Part shown: positions 30,470-41,493 of the stretch, in pieces
How positions within the stretch are numbered: position 1 is the first letter of the stretch
How the letters are laid out: the number at the start of each line of letters is the position of its first letter
Origin: Microcoleus sp.
Lineage (GTDB): Bacteria; Cyanobacteriota; Cyanobacteriia; Cyanobacteriales; Microcoleaceae
DNA: 64,000 nucleotides
NCBI GenBank assembly: GCA_052279835.1
Contig: CP181291.1
Span: forward strand, 1,440,001-1,504,000
Direction of reading: 5' to 3'
Program-made: the position numbers and the translations under genes
Notes under the pieces: generated by a model
The model's input: the letters and a program-made list of their open reading frames with translations, nothing else
What the model was told of the DNA's origin: nothing
Databases searched by the model: none

Positions 30470-31336
30470 ATGAATAACATAATGAACCTACTGTTAAACC
30501 TAAATAAATATAAACCAAAGAAATCGCTCTTAATATTTATAGTAACTGGGGTGCTGTTTTTGACTGCTATTCTTGACTATTTCTCTGGTTCTGAGATTAG
30601 ATTCGACTTGGTATATCTCATACCTATTCTGCTGTCCGCGACAATTAATCGACGTTTTGGGATAATCATCGCCATTTTTAGTGCATTAGTATCAATTTCC
30701 GTAGATTTATATTTGCATCGTTTCCATTCCAATAATATTTACTATGTTTGGGACTTAATTTCACGGGCTGCAATTTTTAGTCTCCTTGCTTTATTACGTT
30801 CAAGCCTAATAGATTCCAGACAAAAGGAAAGTGAATTAGCACGTACAGACCCTCTAACCGGGGCAATGAATTTGCGTGCATTTAAGGAGCAGTTGGAATC
30901 TGAAATCTATCGTGCTAGTAGATACTGCTATCCACTGACGATTGCCTATATTGACATTGATAATTTCAAGACTATCAACGATACGCTTGGACATAGCGAG
31001 GGAAACAGAGTTCTTTGTGCAGTGGTCACAGCCATCAAAAAACACTCGCGAAAATCAGATACAGTGGCACGGCTCGGTGGTGACGAATTTGCAATCCTGT
31101 TACCAGTTACAGATCGGGAGGATTCCCACAAAACCATCAACACAATCCAAGGTCATATGATGGACGAAGTTCGTAAAAACAGGTGGAATGTAACATTTAG
31201 CATAGGCGTTCTAACTTGTATCGAGATCCCCTCTGATGGTGACAAAATGATCGAAGCTGCTGACAACTTAATGTATATGGTAAAACAACAAGGAAAGAAC
31301 TCAATCAATTATTCCCTATACAATCACGAAGCCTAG
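30470..31336 (+). CDS. Membrane-bound diguanylate cyclase
   Basis: N-terminal TM helices; TDPLTG, DIDNFK, I-site RKSD five residues before an intact GGDEF. Confidence 0.93.
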   Translation: MNNIMNLLLNLNKYKPKKSLLIFIVTGVLFLTAILDYFSGSEIRFDLVYLIPILLSATINRRFGIIIAIFSALVSISVDLYLHRFHSNNIYYVWDLISRAAIFSLLALLRSSLIDSRQKESELARTDPLTGAMNLRAFKEQLESEIYRASRYCYPLTIAYIDIDNFKTINDTLGHSEGNRVLCAVVTAIKKHSRKSDTVARLGGDEFAILLPVTDREDSHKTINTIQGHMMDEVRKNRWNVTFSIGVLTCIEIPSDGDKMIEAADNLMYMVKQQGKNSINYSLYNHEA

Positions 31337-31518
31337 AGATGAACGCTAGTAGGACTCTGCATCAATTCAAGTACCAATAAATTCAATAGAATCCGCACCA
31401 GCCCAGCGACTGATAACTCAAGATGTTATACTGGAACTATCACCGAAACAGGAGTTGAATTTGGTGGATTTTTTGTCAACAAAAAACCTGAAAATAATTG
31501 CAAATTGGAATTATAAAA

Positions 31519-33075
31519 ATGATAGAGACGAGTCTAAAGGAAGTTGCGATAGAAGAAAATCTGAAGCAATTTTTGCTAGTGCTTTCGGTTTCTTTGAGTG
31601 TGGCCACTTTGCCACAAATTTTTAGCTGGTTTCGCCGAATTCCCTATACACTACTGCTGGTAATCGTGGGATTAGGTCTAGCCTTTGTCGATGTGCGATT
31701 GGTCAATCTTTCACCGGAATTGATTCTGTTGATTTTTCTGCCGCCTCTGCTGTTTGAAGCGGCTTGGAATTTGAAATGGTCGAGCTTGAAACAGGATTTA
31801 ATTCCCATTTGTCTTTATGCAGTTTTAGGTGTCCTGATTTCGATTGCAGGTGTGGCAATTGGTCTGAATCAACTGGCGAATCTTTCTTTGGCGACGGCGC
31901 TGCTGATTGGGGCAACCCTTTCAGCTACAGATCCAGTTTCGGTGACGGCTTTGTTTCGGGAGTTGGGGGTGGGCAACCGCCTCACAACTTTGATGGAAGG
32001 CGAAAGTTTGTTTAATGACGGGATGGCGGTTGTTGCTTTTGGATTTTTGGTGGCCTTCTCCCAGGGAACCGCCAATTTATCAGCAGGGCCTATTTTGAGC
32101 CAGTTGATAACGGTGGTTGGCATTGGGCTGGGGATTGGGGGGCTGATTGGGTTTGCCATTTCTTATCTGACGCAACGGTTCGATCTGCCCCTGGTAGAAC
32201 AGTCCCTCACCTTGGTTTCGGCCTACGGCACTTATTTGATTGCAGAGGACTTGGGGGGCTCTGGGGTGATTGGAGTCGTCACGACGGGGCTGATCTTGGG
32301 CAATTTTGGTTCTCGCATCGGCATGAATCCCCGCACTCGCATCATTGTGAGCGAGTTTTGGGAATTTTTAGCTTTTTTTGTCAATTCGATTGTTTTTTTG
32401 CTGATTGGGGATCAGATTCGGTTTGCGAGTTTGGGCGAAAATCTCGATGCGATCGCCGTGACGATTGCAGGAGTAATTTTAACGCGGGCGATCGCCATCT
32501 ACGGACTGGGAAGCCTGAGCAACCGTTTCGCAAACTCTGAAATTCCCCTGGGCGATCGGACGGTGTTGTGGTGGGGAGGGCTGCGGGGTGCGGTGTCGGT
32601 TGCTTTGGCGTTGAGCGTACCTGAAAGCCTTCCGGGGCGGGACGTGGTGATTGCAACGGTTTTTGGGACAGTGCTATTTACCTTACTCGTCCAGGGACTT
32701 ACTATTGGGTCAGTCCTCGAAAAACTCGATCTTCTAGGCGACGGGCCCATCCGCCAGGAGTATCTAGAGGCGATCGCCCGTCAGGCTGCTCTGAGTCGGG
32801 TACTCCAACGTTTGGGTGAAATAGAGCAACATCCAGGAGTTGAGCCTGACTTTTATGAATATCAACAATCCCTGGTTAAGGGAGAGTTAACCCGCCTAGA
32901 ATCTGAAATCGATCGGCTGCAAAATGAATATCCCGATCTACGGACGTTTATTGCTCAACAGCTTAGAGGAGAATTGCTGGCGATCGAAGCTGATACTTAT
33001 GCTGAGTTTGTGCGGGCGGGTCGCTTAAATCAAGAATTGTCTCTGTTTTTGGGAGTTGAGACAATGGAAGATTAG
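31519..33075 (+). CDS. Na+/H+ antiporter (CPA1, NhaP/NhaS1-like)
   Basis: FLPPLLFEAA, SATDPVSV, EGESLFND and WGGLRGAVS motifs. Confidence 0.93.
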   Translation: MIETSLKEVAIEENLKQFLLVLSVSLSVATLPQIFSWFRRIPYTLLLVIVGLGLAFVDVRLVNLSPELILLIFLPPLLFEAAWNLKWSSLKQDLIPICLYAVLGVLISIAGVAIGLNQLANLSLATALLIGATLSATDPVSVTALFRELGVGNRLTTLMEGESLFNDGMAVVAFGFLVAFSQGTANLSAGPILSQLITVVGIGLGIGGLIGFAISYLTQRFDLPLVEQSLTLVSAYGTYLIAEDLGGSGVIGVVTTGLILGNFGSRIGMNPRTRIIVSEFWEFLAFFVNSIVFLLIGDQIRFASLGENLDAIAVTIAGVILTRAIAIYGLGSLSNRFANSEIPLGDRTVLWWGGLRGAVSVALALSVPESLPGRDVVIATVFGTVLFTLLVQGLTIGSVLEKLDLLGDGPIRQEYLEAIARQAALSRVLQRLGEIEQHPGVEPDFYEYQQSLVKGELTRLESEIDRLQNEYPDLRTFIAQQLRGELLAIEADTYAEFVRAGRLNQELSLFLGVETMED

Positions 33076-33177
33076 CTATAGCCTTCCTCGCACCATTTGT
33101 GATTTTCTTACTCCCGCACTTTAATAAGGGGATGGTTGGGGTGGGGTAAAAAAGTTTACTACTGCTGCAAGGAGCGC

Positions 33178-33572
33178 TATATAGCAATCCTAAATCATTC
33201 GTAAATAGCTGTAGGGGTAGTGGATGGTGTGTGCCTACCCCGTCTACCGGTAGGGCGGTTTCATTCTCTTGTAGGGGCAGCTCATAGTGGCTGCCCCAAT
33301 CTCTGAAATGACGGAAAATGGTCTGTGGGGGGGTAGGCATTCTTGGCACTACCCCTACAAAACGATGATTTATCACCAGAATGAAACAGCCCTGCGTCTA
33401 CCGGGGCAACCGGGCGTGGGTTTGCACCTACCTGATTGATTATCGATCGCTCTTGACCAAGAATGTCTAGATGGTACAAACCCCCGAATTGCTCCGTGGA
33501 ATCAATCCAAAATCTCAAATCCTCAAGCCCCCGAATTGCTCCGTGGGGGCAATGCAAAATCTCAAATCGAAT
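33178..33572. repeat. Mosaic of REP/MITE-like repeats
   Basis: Several GTAGGGG...CCCCTAC hairpins; duplicated CCCCCGAATTGCTCCGTGG with AAATCTC heptamers. Confidence 0.7.
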
Positions 33573-33648
33573 GACACCACCCATCGCTAAAACGAGGGAT
33601 TCCTAAGACTCACAACTTAGGTTTCTGTTTCCTTCCCTAAGCGAGTTG
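33571..33648 (-). mobile_element. Possible orphan IS200/IS605 right-end (omegaRNA-like) fragment
   Basis: Minus strand reads GGGAAGGAAACAGAAACCTAAG..CTTAGGAATCCCTCGTTTTAGCGATGGGTGGTGTCA, two hairpins ending in GTCA, resembling cyanobacterial tnpB 3' ends. Confidence 0.5.
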
Positions 33649-34249
33649 GTAGTTGTCTGAGAGAATGTATTGTGAATATATATGCTATCGAAATTTAAAC
33701 AAAACTCTAATTTATATTTCGTATATTAAATTAAAATATAAGTTGCGTGTTGAAGGTGTTTTCTTCCTGAACCTCTAACCCACATTCCGCAGGTCTTAAC
33801 ATTAATAGTTGGTGATTTTTAGGTAAAAAATGGCTGTAATTCATTGTAGGCAAGCATTTTTCCAATATGTATAAAGATGAATTTTTGTTAATAAGTGTTT
33901 AGTCTCGATCAATAATAGCTGTTAATTATTGATAATATGTTTGAAGTTAAATTCCTAGGATGAAGTTTGAGCGTAGAAATAATTTTGACGTGTTAAGAAG
34001 CGCGAAATGTGGGTTCTAATCATACTATTATCCATAGGTAAGGAAGCGAACTCATTTGTTAAAGTCAATAGAATTTTTAACTCTATTGCCGACAAAGTTC
34101 CTATCTGCCCGTGGCAAGGCAGTAATCTCCTAACCCCATAGAAGGCAATTGTTGCCTCGTGGATTCTGTGGAAGCCAGCTACCCAGAATTCGAGGTCATG
34201 CTTGCCTGCCGTCCTGACCGCTAAATTCCGATCTAGGAGAAATTACAAC

Positions 34250-35311
34250 GTGGATTTTTTGTCCGAATTCTTGACGCGCTTCGTAGCGCAGTTACAGTCC
34301 CCGACACTGGGTTTTCTAATTGGTGGCATGATAGTTGCCTCCCTCGGTAGCCAACTATTAATTCCAGATCCGGTGTATCAGTTCATCGTCTTCATGCTGC
34401 TGATGAAAGTCGGCCTGACCGGTGGCCAGGCGATCCGCAAATCCAATCCGGCGGAGATACTGTTGCCCGCGTTGTTCGCGGTGCTAATAGGGATCCTGAT
34501 CGTGTTCATCGGGCGCTACACTTTGGCAAACCTGCCGAACGTCAAAGTCGTGGATGCCCTTGCAACCGCTGGGTTGTTCGGTGCCGTGAGTGGCTCTACC
34601 CTCGCCGCCGCCCTGACGCTACTGGAAGAGCAAAACATCCCATACGAGCCCTGGGCCGCCGCACTCTATCCATTCATGGACATCCCAGCCCTCGTGACTG
34701 CGATCGTCTTGGCCAGCATTTATACCAAAAAGCAAGAGTCTCTGATCGACAGGCAGCGCACGATCGCAGGCTATGCCCCCAGCGAGAAGCTCGATACCGC
34801 AGACGATCGGGTGCAGATATGGCCCATCGTCAAGGAAAGCCTCCAGGGTTCTGCCCTAACGGCACTGCTGCTCGGTCTGGCTCTAGGCCTGCTAACCCAG
34901 CCAGAAAGTGTCTATAAAACCTTCTACGATCCCCTCTTCCGCGGCCTGCTTTCAGTCCTGATGCTGATCATGGGTATGGAGGCCGCGGCAAGGGTTGCCG
35001 AGCTGCGTAAGGTAGCCCAGTGGTTCGCCGTATATGCCTTTGTGGCCCCACTGCTGCATGGACTCATCGCCTTCGGTCTTGGCTGGATTGCCCACGTCAC
35101 TACGGGATTCAGCCCTGGCGGCGTCGTGATTCTGGCAGTCATCGCCGCCTCTAGTTCAGACATCTCCGGGCCGCCCACTTTGCGAGCAGGTATCCCGTCG
35201 GCCAATCCCTCCGCCTACATCGGCGCGTCTACAGCCGTCGGCACGCCCGTTGCGATTGCCTTGGGAATACCGATCTACATCGGGCTTGCCCAGGCGCTCA
35301 TGGGCAACTGA
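34250..35311 (+). CDS. sbtA: Sodium-dependent bicarbonate transporter SbtA
   Basis: QSPTLGFLIGG, FGAVSGST, YPFMDIPAL, SSSDISGPP and STAVGTP. GTG start at 34250 with AGGAGA RBS. Confidence 0.96.
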   Translation: MDFLSEFLTRFVAQLQSPTLGFLIGGMIVASLGSQLLIPDPVYQFIVFMLLMKVGLTGGQAIRKSNPAEILLPALFAVLIGILIVFIGRYTLANLPNVKVVDALATAGLFGAVSGSTLAAALTLLEEQNIPYEPWAAALYPFMDIPALVTAIVLASIYTKKQESLIDRQRTIAGYAPSEKLDTADDRVQIWPIVKESLQGSALTALLLGLALGLLTQPESVYKTFYDPLFRGLLSVLMLIMGMEAAARVAELRKVAQWFAVYAFVAPLLHGLIAFGLGWIAHVTTGFSPGGVVILAVIAASSSDISGPPTLRAGIPSANPSAYIGASTAVGTPVAIALGIPIYIGLAQALMGN

Positions 35312-35407
35312 TCTCAGACGGGTCGCGGTCTGTCGGCGACCAACGCGGCAGCTATAATATCAGGGCGATAGCAGGCGGTGCTGTCGTTTTCCTGACTTTC
35401 TACATAG

Positions 35408-35773
<366 letters not shown>

Positions 35774-36092
35774 ATCGAAATACGGTCCCCAAAGCAAATC
35801 TCACTGAACCGCCTATTTAGCCTAGGTTTTAGCCATTCTGAACCGATTGAACCAGTAACCGAAGATTGGGACGGTACAGGCGATATCTTTCCCGATCTGA
35901 CCGCTGCGCTGGTTCAGGGCATCCGGTGGGAATTGTCTAAAAATCAGATAATTACTGAGCTGCTACAGACTGCTAAAGGCGACTCTAAAAAATATCAGGC
36001 ATTGAGTCAGAAACATGATAGTTTGAGAAAAAAATATTCTGTGATTGTGCCCAAATAAAATAAGTTTGTGAACCACTGGCAACGGTGGTTTT

Positions 36093-36440
36093 TTATTGCA
36101 ATTTACCCCAAACTAAAGGCACATCATAGAGTTTTAATTTGACCTTCTTGGAAATCACTGTTAACCCTTCACACAAAGGCTGAGAAATTAACATCTTGTC
36201 AAAAGGGTCTTGATGGTGATGTGGCAAAATACTGAGGTTAAAAATATGAGCACGGGTATCCAGTAAAATTTTTATATCCCCCAAAATTTATCTGGCAAAG
36301 GCTCATCAAAATCATCTGCAATCACCATTGAGCAGCTATTTAAGCCAGCCTTGGGAATCACAGCCAGCCCAAACGACGAAGGTAAAACTGTAGCAAGCGG
36401 AACACCATATCGGGTTAATGTCTCTTCGATGTGGTTGTGA
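36093..36440 (-). pseudogene. Decayed VapBC-type toxin-antitoxin pair
   Basis: Antitoxin-like remnant (LTRYGVPLA...IADDFDEPLPDKFW) followed by a PIN fragment KILLDT...HHQDPFDKMLISQ with the middle of the domain missing. Confidence 0.7.
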
Positions 36441-36995
36441 ATATCAGTTAATAAGTAAGTCCACTTAATTAAACGTAAGATACAGGTGGCTAAAAAGCTT
36501 GCTGTATGAGCCTTCTTCCTTCTTCCTGAATTTCCCCCCTTGGGGGGGGCAGGGGGGGGTGACTTCTTCCTTCTACTTACTTCCAACAGGCGATCGCCTA
36601 ACCGATCGACCTTAAACGTTTTCTTTAACAGTTCACTCTAAGCTAAACATTAAATCGCCCTAGCTCGAATCTAGCACAAAGACAATTCTCGATTGAGGGG
36701 CGATCGCCTCTAGCATCTGAAGCTTTGTTTAAGAGTGTTAAGGAATGTTCAGCATCAATAAATCAGCAGCGTCAGCATTAAGTTTGATGAGAGTTCAAAC
36801 AGTTATAATGCAAAAAGAACGTAAATATCAAGAACCAAGATGTGCTTGCAGTGTATGCTTTGGAAGCACTGCCGCGCCGTTTATCGCTTAGATGGTGGCA
36901 TTTAGTGGGCTTGCTCTGCCAATGTCGAGTTTGTAATCTATTAGAAGCGGAGCGATCGCCCAATATTAGAAGTCATGTTTTGAAATTGGTACAAT

Positions 36996-38609
36996 ATGTT
37001 AAATCCTCGGCAATCTTCATCTATTCGTTACCAAATACTGGGAATCATCACAGCCGTAGCACTGAGCTTAGTTTTGCACGCTGTACCCGTTCTAGCAGCG
37101 AGGACGGCGACATCCGTTGTGGTAGATGGTCGTCCAATTTTTAGGGTCAGTGATGCTGACTCATTGACGGCCGCGGAACGAGCCGATTTGGTCAATTTGC
37201 GACTCAAACAAATTGAGCAATCTCAAGAAACAGTTCGAGTCACAACAGAAGTTCGCAATCAATACCCCACCATTCTGGTTAACGGCAAATACTTGCTGAC
37301 AGTCACTCAATCCGATCTGCAAGAAAATCGCACACCCAGTGAACAAGCTAATGTTTGGGCACAAGAACTAGGTCAAGCTTTGCAGCAAGCTCAAGATGAA
37401 AGAAGCGCCGGATTTATGAAAAATATGGTGCTGCTGGCTGTGGCTACCATAGCTACAGCGATCGCCCTCCACAAAGCAATGGGATGGCTGTGGCGATTCG
37501 CCAGAAAAGAAATTTTCCAACGATTTGTCGAACCATCAAACCAAGAAGTTGGAGTTAATGATTCGCCCAAAGCTTTGAACTTATTATTTAACTTAACTCT
37601 GTTTGGGGGAAGAGTGGCGCTTTGGATTGTCACTGCGCTTTATGTTACCAATCTGTTTCCGGTAACTCGGATTTGGAGTTACACTCTCACCAGCAGTTTA
37701 GTCAGCACTTTCACATCTAAAGCCCTGTCTGTAGGACGCAACAATTACTCTGTCACCGATCTGCTAATTTTAGCTAGTCTGATCCTAGGATGGGTTGTCC
37801 TTAGCGGTGCCATTTCCAACTTCTTTAAACTACGAATTTTGCAAGTCACCCGCATCAGTCGAGGCAGTCAAGAAGCCGTTGCTGCGATCGCCAAATATTT
37901 GCTGGTTGTTGTAGGAACGATCGTGCTGATGCAAATATGGGGCATTGATTTGAGTTCTCTAACAATTATCTTTAGTGCGTTGGGAGTTGGGATCGGTTTT
38001 GGATTGCAGGATATCGCTAAAAACTTTGGTAGCGGTCTGATTTTGCTCTTTGAACGTCCGATTAGAGTCGGCGACTTTGTGAAAGTAGGTAACATAGAAG
38101 GCACTGTGCTCCGTATTGGCGCTCGCAGTACAGTGATTCGCAACCTAGATCAAATTTCGATTATTTTGCCCAATTCCCGTTTCTTAGAGGATGACGTAAC
38201 TAACTGGAATTATGAGACTTCTGTGACGCGGATCAGAATTCCGGTTAGTGTTGCCTATGGCTGTGATATCAGTGAAGTAAAAAAGGCACTGCTCAAAGCT
38301 CCTAGGGGACATTCTGATGTCTTGAGGAATCCAGAACCTATTATTTTTTTCTTGGGTTTTGGAGATAGTTCTTTGAATTTTGAGCTGCGGGTTTGGATTG
38401 CTGAACCCATCGCACAGTATCGTGTCAAGAGTGATTTATTTTTCCGTATTGAAGAACTGTTTCGAGAGTGTGAAATCCAAATTCCGTTTCCTCAACGAGA
38501 TTTGCACCTGCGATCTGGGAGCATTCCTTTAGCTTTATCACCGCAACTAGAGGCCACCTTACGAAACACTTTACTCAAGTCGGAAAATAACTCAACTATC
38601 CAGAAATAA
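36996..38609 (+). CDS. MscS-family mechanosensitive channel with N-terminal periplasmic domain
   Basis: ALGVGIGFGLQ, LLFERPIRVGD, IILPNS and IPFPQRDLH motifs. Confidence 0.93.
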   Translation: MLNPRQSSSIRYQILGIITAVALSLVLHAVPVLAARTATSVVVDGRPIFRVSDADSLTAAERADLVNLRLKQIEQSQETVRVTTEVRNQYPTILVNGKYLLTVTQSDLQENRTPSEQANVWAQELGQALQQAQDERSAGFMKNMVLLAVATIATAIALHKAMGWLWRFARKEIFQRFVEPSNQEVGVNDSPKALNLLFNLTLFGGRVALWIVTALYVTNLFPVTRIWSYTLTSSLVSTFTSKALSVGRNNYSVTDLLILASLILGWVVLSGAISNFFKLRILQVTRISRGSQEAVAAIAKYLLVVVGTIVLMQIWGIDLSSLTIIFSALGVGIGFGLQDIAKNFGSGLILLFERPIRVGDFVKVGNIEGTVLRIGARSTVIRNLDQISIILPNSRFLEDDVTNWNYETSVTRIRIPVSVAYGCDISEVKKALLKAPRGHSDVLRNPEPIIFFLGFGDSSLNFELRVWIAEPIAQYRVKSDLFFRIEELFRECEIQIPFPQRDLHLRSGSIPLALSPQLEATLRNTLLKSENNSTIQK

Positions 38610-38681
38610 TCTAGGCTAGGCAAAACAACAATGCTATAACTAATACAATTTTGGATTTCAAATCAAGCACTTAACTTTCCC

Positions 38682-39794
38682 ATGACAAAAATGCTCTATG
38701 CCCTATTTATGCTCGCACAACTGCCGTTAGATAATGGCGATCGCTTTTTCCAAATTACTCTCATTCTTCTAGCCGGAGGGATTGGGGGATTAACAGGGAT
38801 GGTGGCGATTCCTGCGTTGAGGTTAGCCTTAAATTGGTTAGCTCCAAACTTATTGACACAGAATTATATTCGTGTATTGGTGGCCTCTAGGAACATAATT
38901 TTGATGTTCTTAACTCTGTCGGTGATGGAAGTGATGTTAGTTCTGCTCCCGCACACTGAATCCCTGAGATTAATGGAGTTTGGCCTGAGTGCGGGCATCA
39001 CTTTTTGTGTGGGTTGGCTGCTATCAAGTCTATTTCGAGACTTTTTTAATACCACAATTTTAGGTGTCACTTTTGAGTCCAACCCTAAAGTAAGAGGCGA
39101 GTCTATCTTTTTAATTCGCTATCTTGGAGACTTTGCGATCGCTGTTGCGTTAATTTTAGTTTTTTGTATTACCCATAACATTAATGTTGCGGGCATACTT
39201 ACTAGCTTGGGAATTGGCAGTATAGCCATTGCCTTCGCCGCTCAAAAGACTTTAGAACAACTTTTGGGAGGGATTGTTTTAACCCTTGACCGCCCTTTTA
39301 AAGTAGGGGACTACATTGGCTTAGGAGATGGGCAGCAAGGGAAACAAGGTACTTTTGGCAGAGTAGAAAGTATTGGCTTAAGATCGACCAGAATTCGGAT
39401 CTCTGGTAAAGGTACTCTCACGGTTATTCCTAATAATTCCTTGACTCAAGCTACCATCGAAAACTTTACAGGCGCAAAGAAAGTGATGTCTGTAATGATG
39501 TTAGAGTTTCCCGAACAGGTATCTGCTGACGAGCAAGCATTAATCCGCCAAACTGTTATGGAAAGCACTGTGGACATTTTTGGTTTAGACTGGCGCAGTA
39601 CAGAGGTTTCCTTCAGTGAAAATCATGCCCAAATTTCTTTTTTTATTCTGGGTTCTAATGAATTATCTATGGAACTAAGGCGGCAATTGCTGGATCTGGC
39701 TACCCAACAAATTACCAAACAACTCCAAAAACATAATATTTCTTTTACCCTTAACCAACCAACGATTTATGTGGATGCTCCAATCGCCATTTAA
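38682..39794 (+). CDS. MscS-family protein
   Basis: SLGIGSIAIAFAAQ, LDRPFKVGD, VESIGLRST, IPNN. Confidence 0.9.
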   Translation: MTKMLYALFMLAQLPLDNGDRFFQITLILLAGGIGGLTGMVAIPALRLALNWLAPNLLTQNYIRVLVASRNIILMFLTLSVMEVMLVLLPHTESLRLMEFGLSAGITFCVGWLLSSLFRDFFNTTILGVTFESNPKVRGESIFLIRYLGDFAIAVALILVFCITHNINVAGILTSLGIGSIAIAFAAQKTLEQLLGGIVLTLDRPFKVGDYIGLGDGQQGKQGTFGRVESIGLRSTRIRISGKGTLTVIPNNSLTQATIENFTGAKKVMSVMMLEFPEQVSADEQALIRQTVMESTVDIFGLDWRSTEVSFSENHAQISFFILGSNELSMELRRQLLDLATQQITKQLQKHNISFTLNQPTIYVDAPIAI

Positions 39795-39801
39795 GCTGCC
39801 A

Positions 39802-41454
39802 ATGAAGCTGATAGTTTTATTTCTGCTCGGTTGGTTTATGTTCACAGCTCCCATGGGTTTTGCTCAAGGTGTTGATGGCCCTCGTTCTTCCGTAGTAGTT
39901 GATGGTATTCCACTTTTTTATTTGCAACCAGTGGATCGGTTTACAGCCTATGAGCGTACTCAATTTGCTAATAACTTGCTGTCTGAGGCTATCTCTAACG
40001 AGAGAGTCATAACTTTTGATGTGCGGAACGATCCTGATACCCGCGCTACCTCAATTTCCTTAAACAAGAATTACCTCCTGACAGTTACAGCTAACGATGT
40101 TCTACCAAATTTTTCTGTATCTCAACAAGCTAAAGAATGGCAAAATATTCTGGAAACAGCAGTTGATAAAGCTAAAAAAGAACGAGAGTCAAAATACATT
40201 TTGCAGAGAAGTATATGGATTTTGATTAGCATAGCAACTATTATTATATTGCGATTTTTATCTCTAATTGTCTCCAAATTATTTAAGTGGGAAATTGGAT
40301 TTTTAAGCAATGTGATTTTTGCTTTTGCTTGGGTAGCGATCGCCCTAGTAAGCTCGGAATGGTTCCCGGTATTACGAGGTATTCGTTATCAGATTTTTTC
40401 CCCATTTTATCAGCCCCAGTGGTTGCTATTTTTTGGAGCATTAGGATGTTCTTTTGTCTTTAGTCAATATGCTCCTGCCTTATTGAGATTGGCTATTAAA
40501 AACCTAGATATCGAATCAGCGGAAAATATTTATAGTGAAATTATTCAACCCAGCGATCGCCTGGTGCAATTTTGTGTCCTCAGTATTTGTCTCACTTGGT
40601 CTCTGACATTATTACAAACATTAGTACCAGTTGTATATAACTTGCTAAAACCGATTGCAAGTTTAATTTTAGTTTGCTGTTTGTATTGGTTATCCACAAA
40701 ACTTAGTAGTCGCTACCTGCGTACCTATGGATTCAAGTTAGGGGGGAAATTTAGTCCCAGTAGCGATGATGCCATTTTGGTATTTGAGACGGTATTTAAC
40801 ATCTTCATCTTTATGGTGGCACTGGTGACATTTGCCCGCAGCGTAAACTTTGACCTGATTGGCTTGGTGGCGAGTTTGGGGTTAGTTGGTTTAGCTGTCG
40901 CCTTTGCAGCCCAAAAAATTCTCGAACAACTGATTGCTACTTTAGTGCTGTATTTAGATCGTCCTTTTGTGACTGGTGACTATATCCGTCTACCCGCAGG
41001 AGAGTTGGGAAAAGTAGAAAGTATTGGTTTGCGATCGACTAAAATTCGTTCTCTTGGTACTGGGACAATTATTGTGATGCCCAATTCCATTTTAGTAAAT
41101 GTAGAAATTGAAAACGTTACCCTGGCTAAAAAAATCATGGTGTTACTGTATATGGATTTTGCCAGTGTTTTAGGAGAACGAGAATATGCGCTAGTACAGC
41201 AAGCCATAATGGAAAAAACTGCTTTTCTATCAGGAATTGATGGTAACAGCACAAATATTGCTCTCGCCGATGGATCTGGAACAAGATTAAGGGTGAGTTT
41301 TGCAATTTTAGGCTCTCAAGATAATGCGATGGAGGTGCGTAAACGCCTACTAGAGCTAGCAAGTGCTGAAATTGCCAAATCTCTATCAGTCCACGGTATT
41401 GTGTTTACAATGGAAAACCCGACGATTTATGTGCAGTCCCCTGTTACTATCTGA
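39802..41454 (+). CDS. MscS-family protein with N-terminal periplasmic domain
   Basis: SLGLVGLAVAFAAQ, LDRPFVTGD, VESIGLRST; signal-like MKLIVLFLL start at 39802. Confidence 0.9.
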   Translation: MKLIVLFLLGWFMFTAPMGFAQGVDGPRSSVVVDGIPLFYLQPVDRFTAYERTQFANNLLSEAISNERVITFDVRNDPDTRATSISLNKNYLLTVTANDVLPNFSVSQQAKEWQNILETAVDKAKKERESKYILQRSIWILISIATIIILRFLSLIVSKLFKWEIGFLSNVIFAFAWVAIALVSSEWFPVLRGIRYQIFSPFYQPQWLLFFGALGCSFVFSQYAPALLRLAIKNLDIESAENIYSEIIQPSDRLVQFCVLSICLTWSLTLLQTLVPVVYNLLKPIASLILVCCLYWLSTKLSSRYLRTYGFKLGGKFSPSSDDAILVFETVFNIFIFMVALVTFARSVNFDLIGLVASLGLVGLAVAFAAQKILEQLIATLVLYLDRPFVTGDYIRLPAGELGKVESIGLRSTKIRSLGTGTIIVMPNSILVNVEIENVTLAKKIMVLLYMDFASVLGEREYALVQQAIMEKTAFLSGIDGNSTNIALADGSGTRLRVSFAILGSQDNAMEVRKRLLELASAEIAKSLSVHGIVFTMENPTIYVQSPVTI

Positions 41455-41493
41455 ACATAACTAGAGGCGATCGCACCTTCCAGCGCTGGCTTT

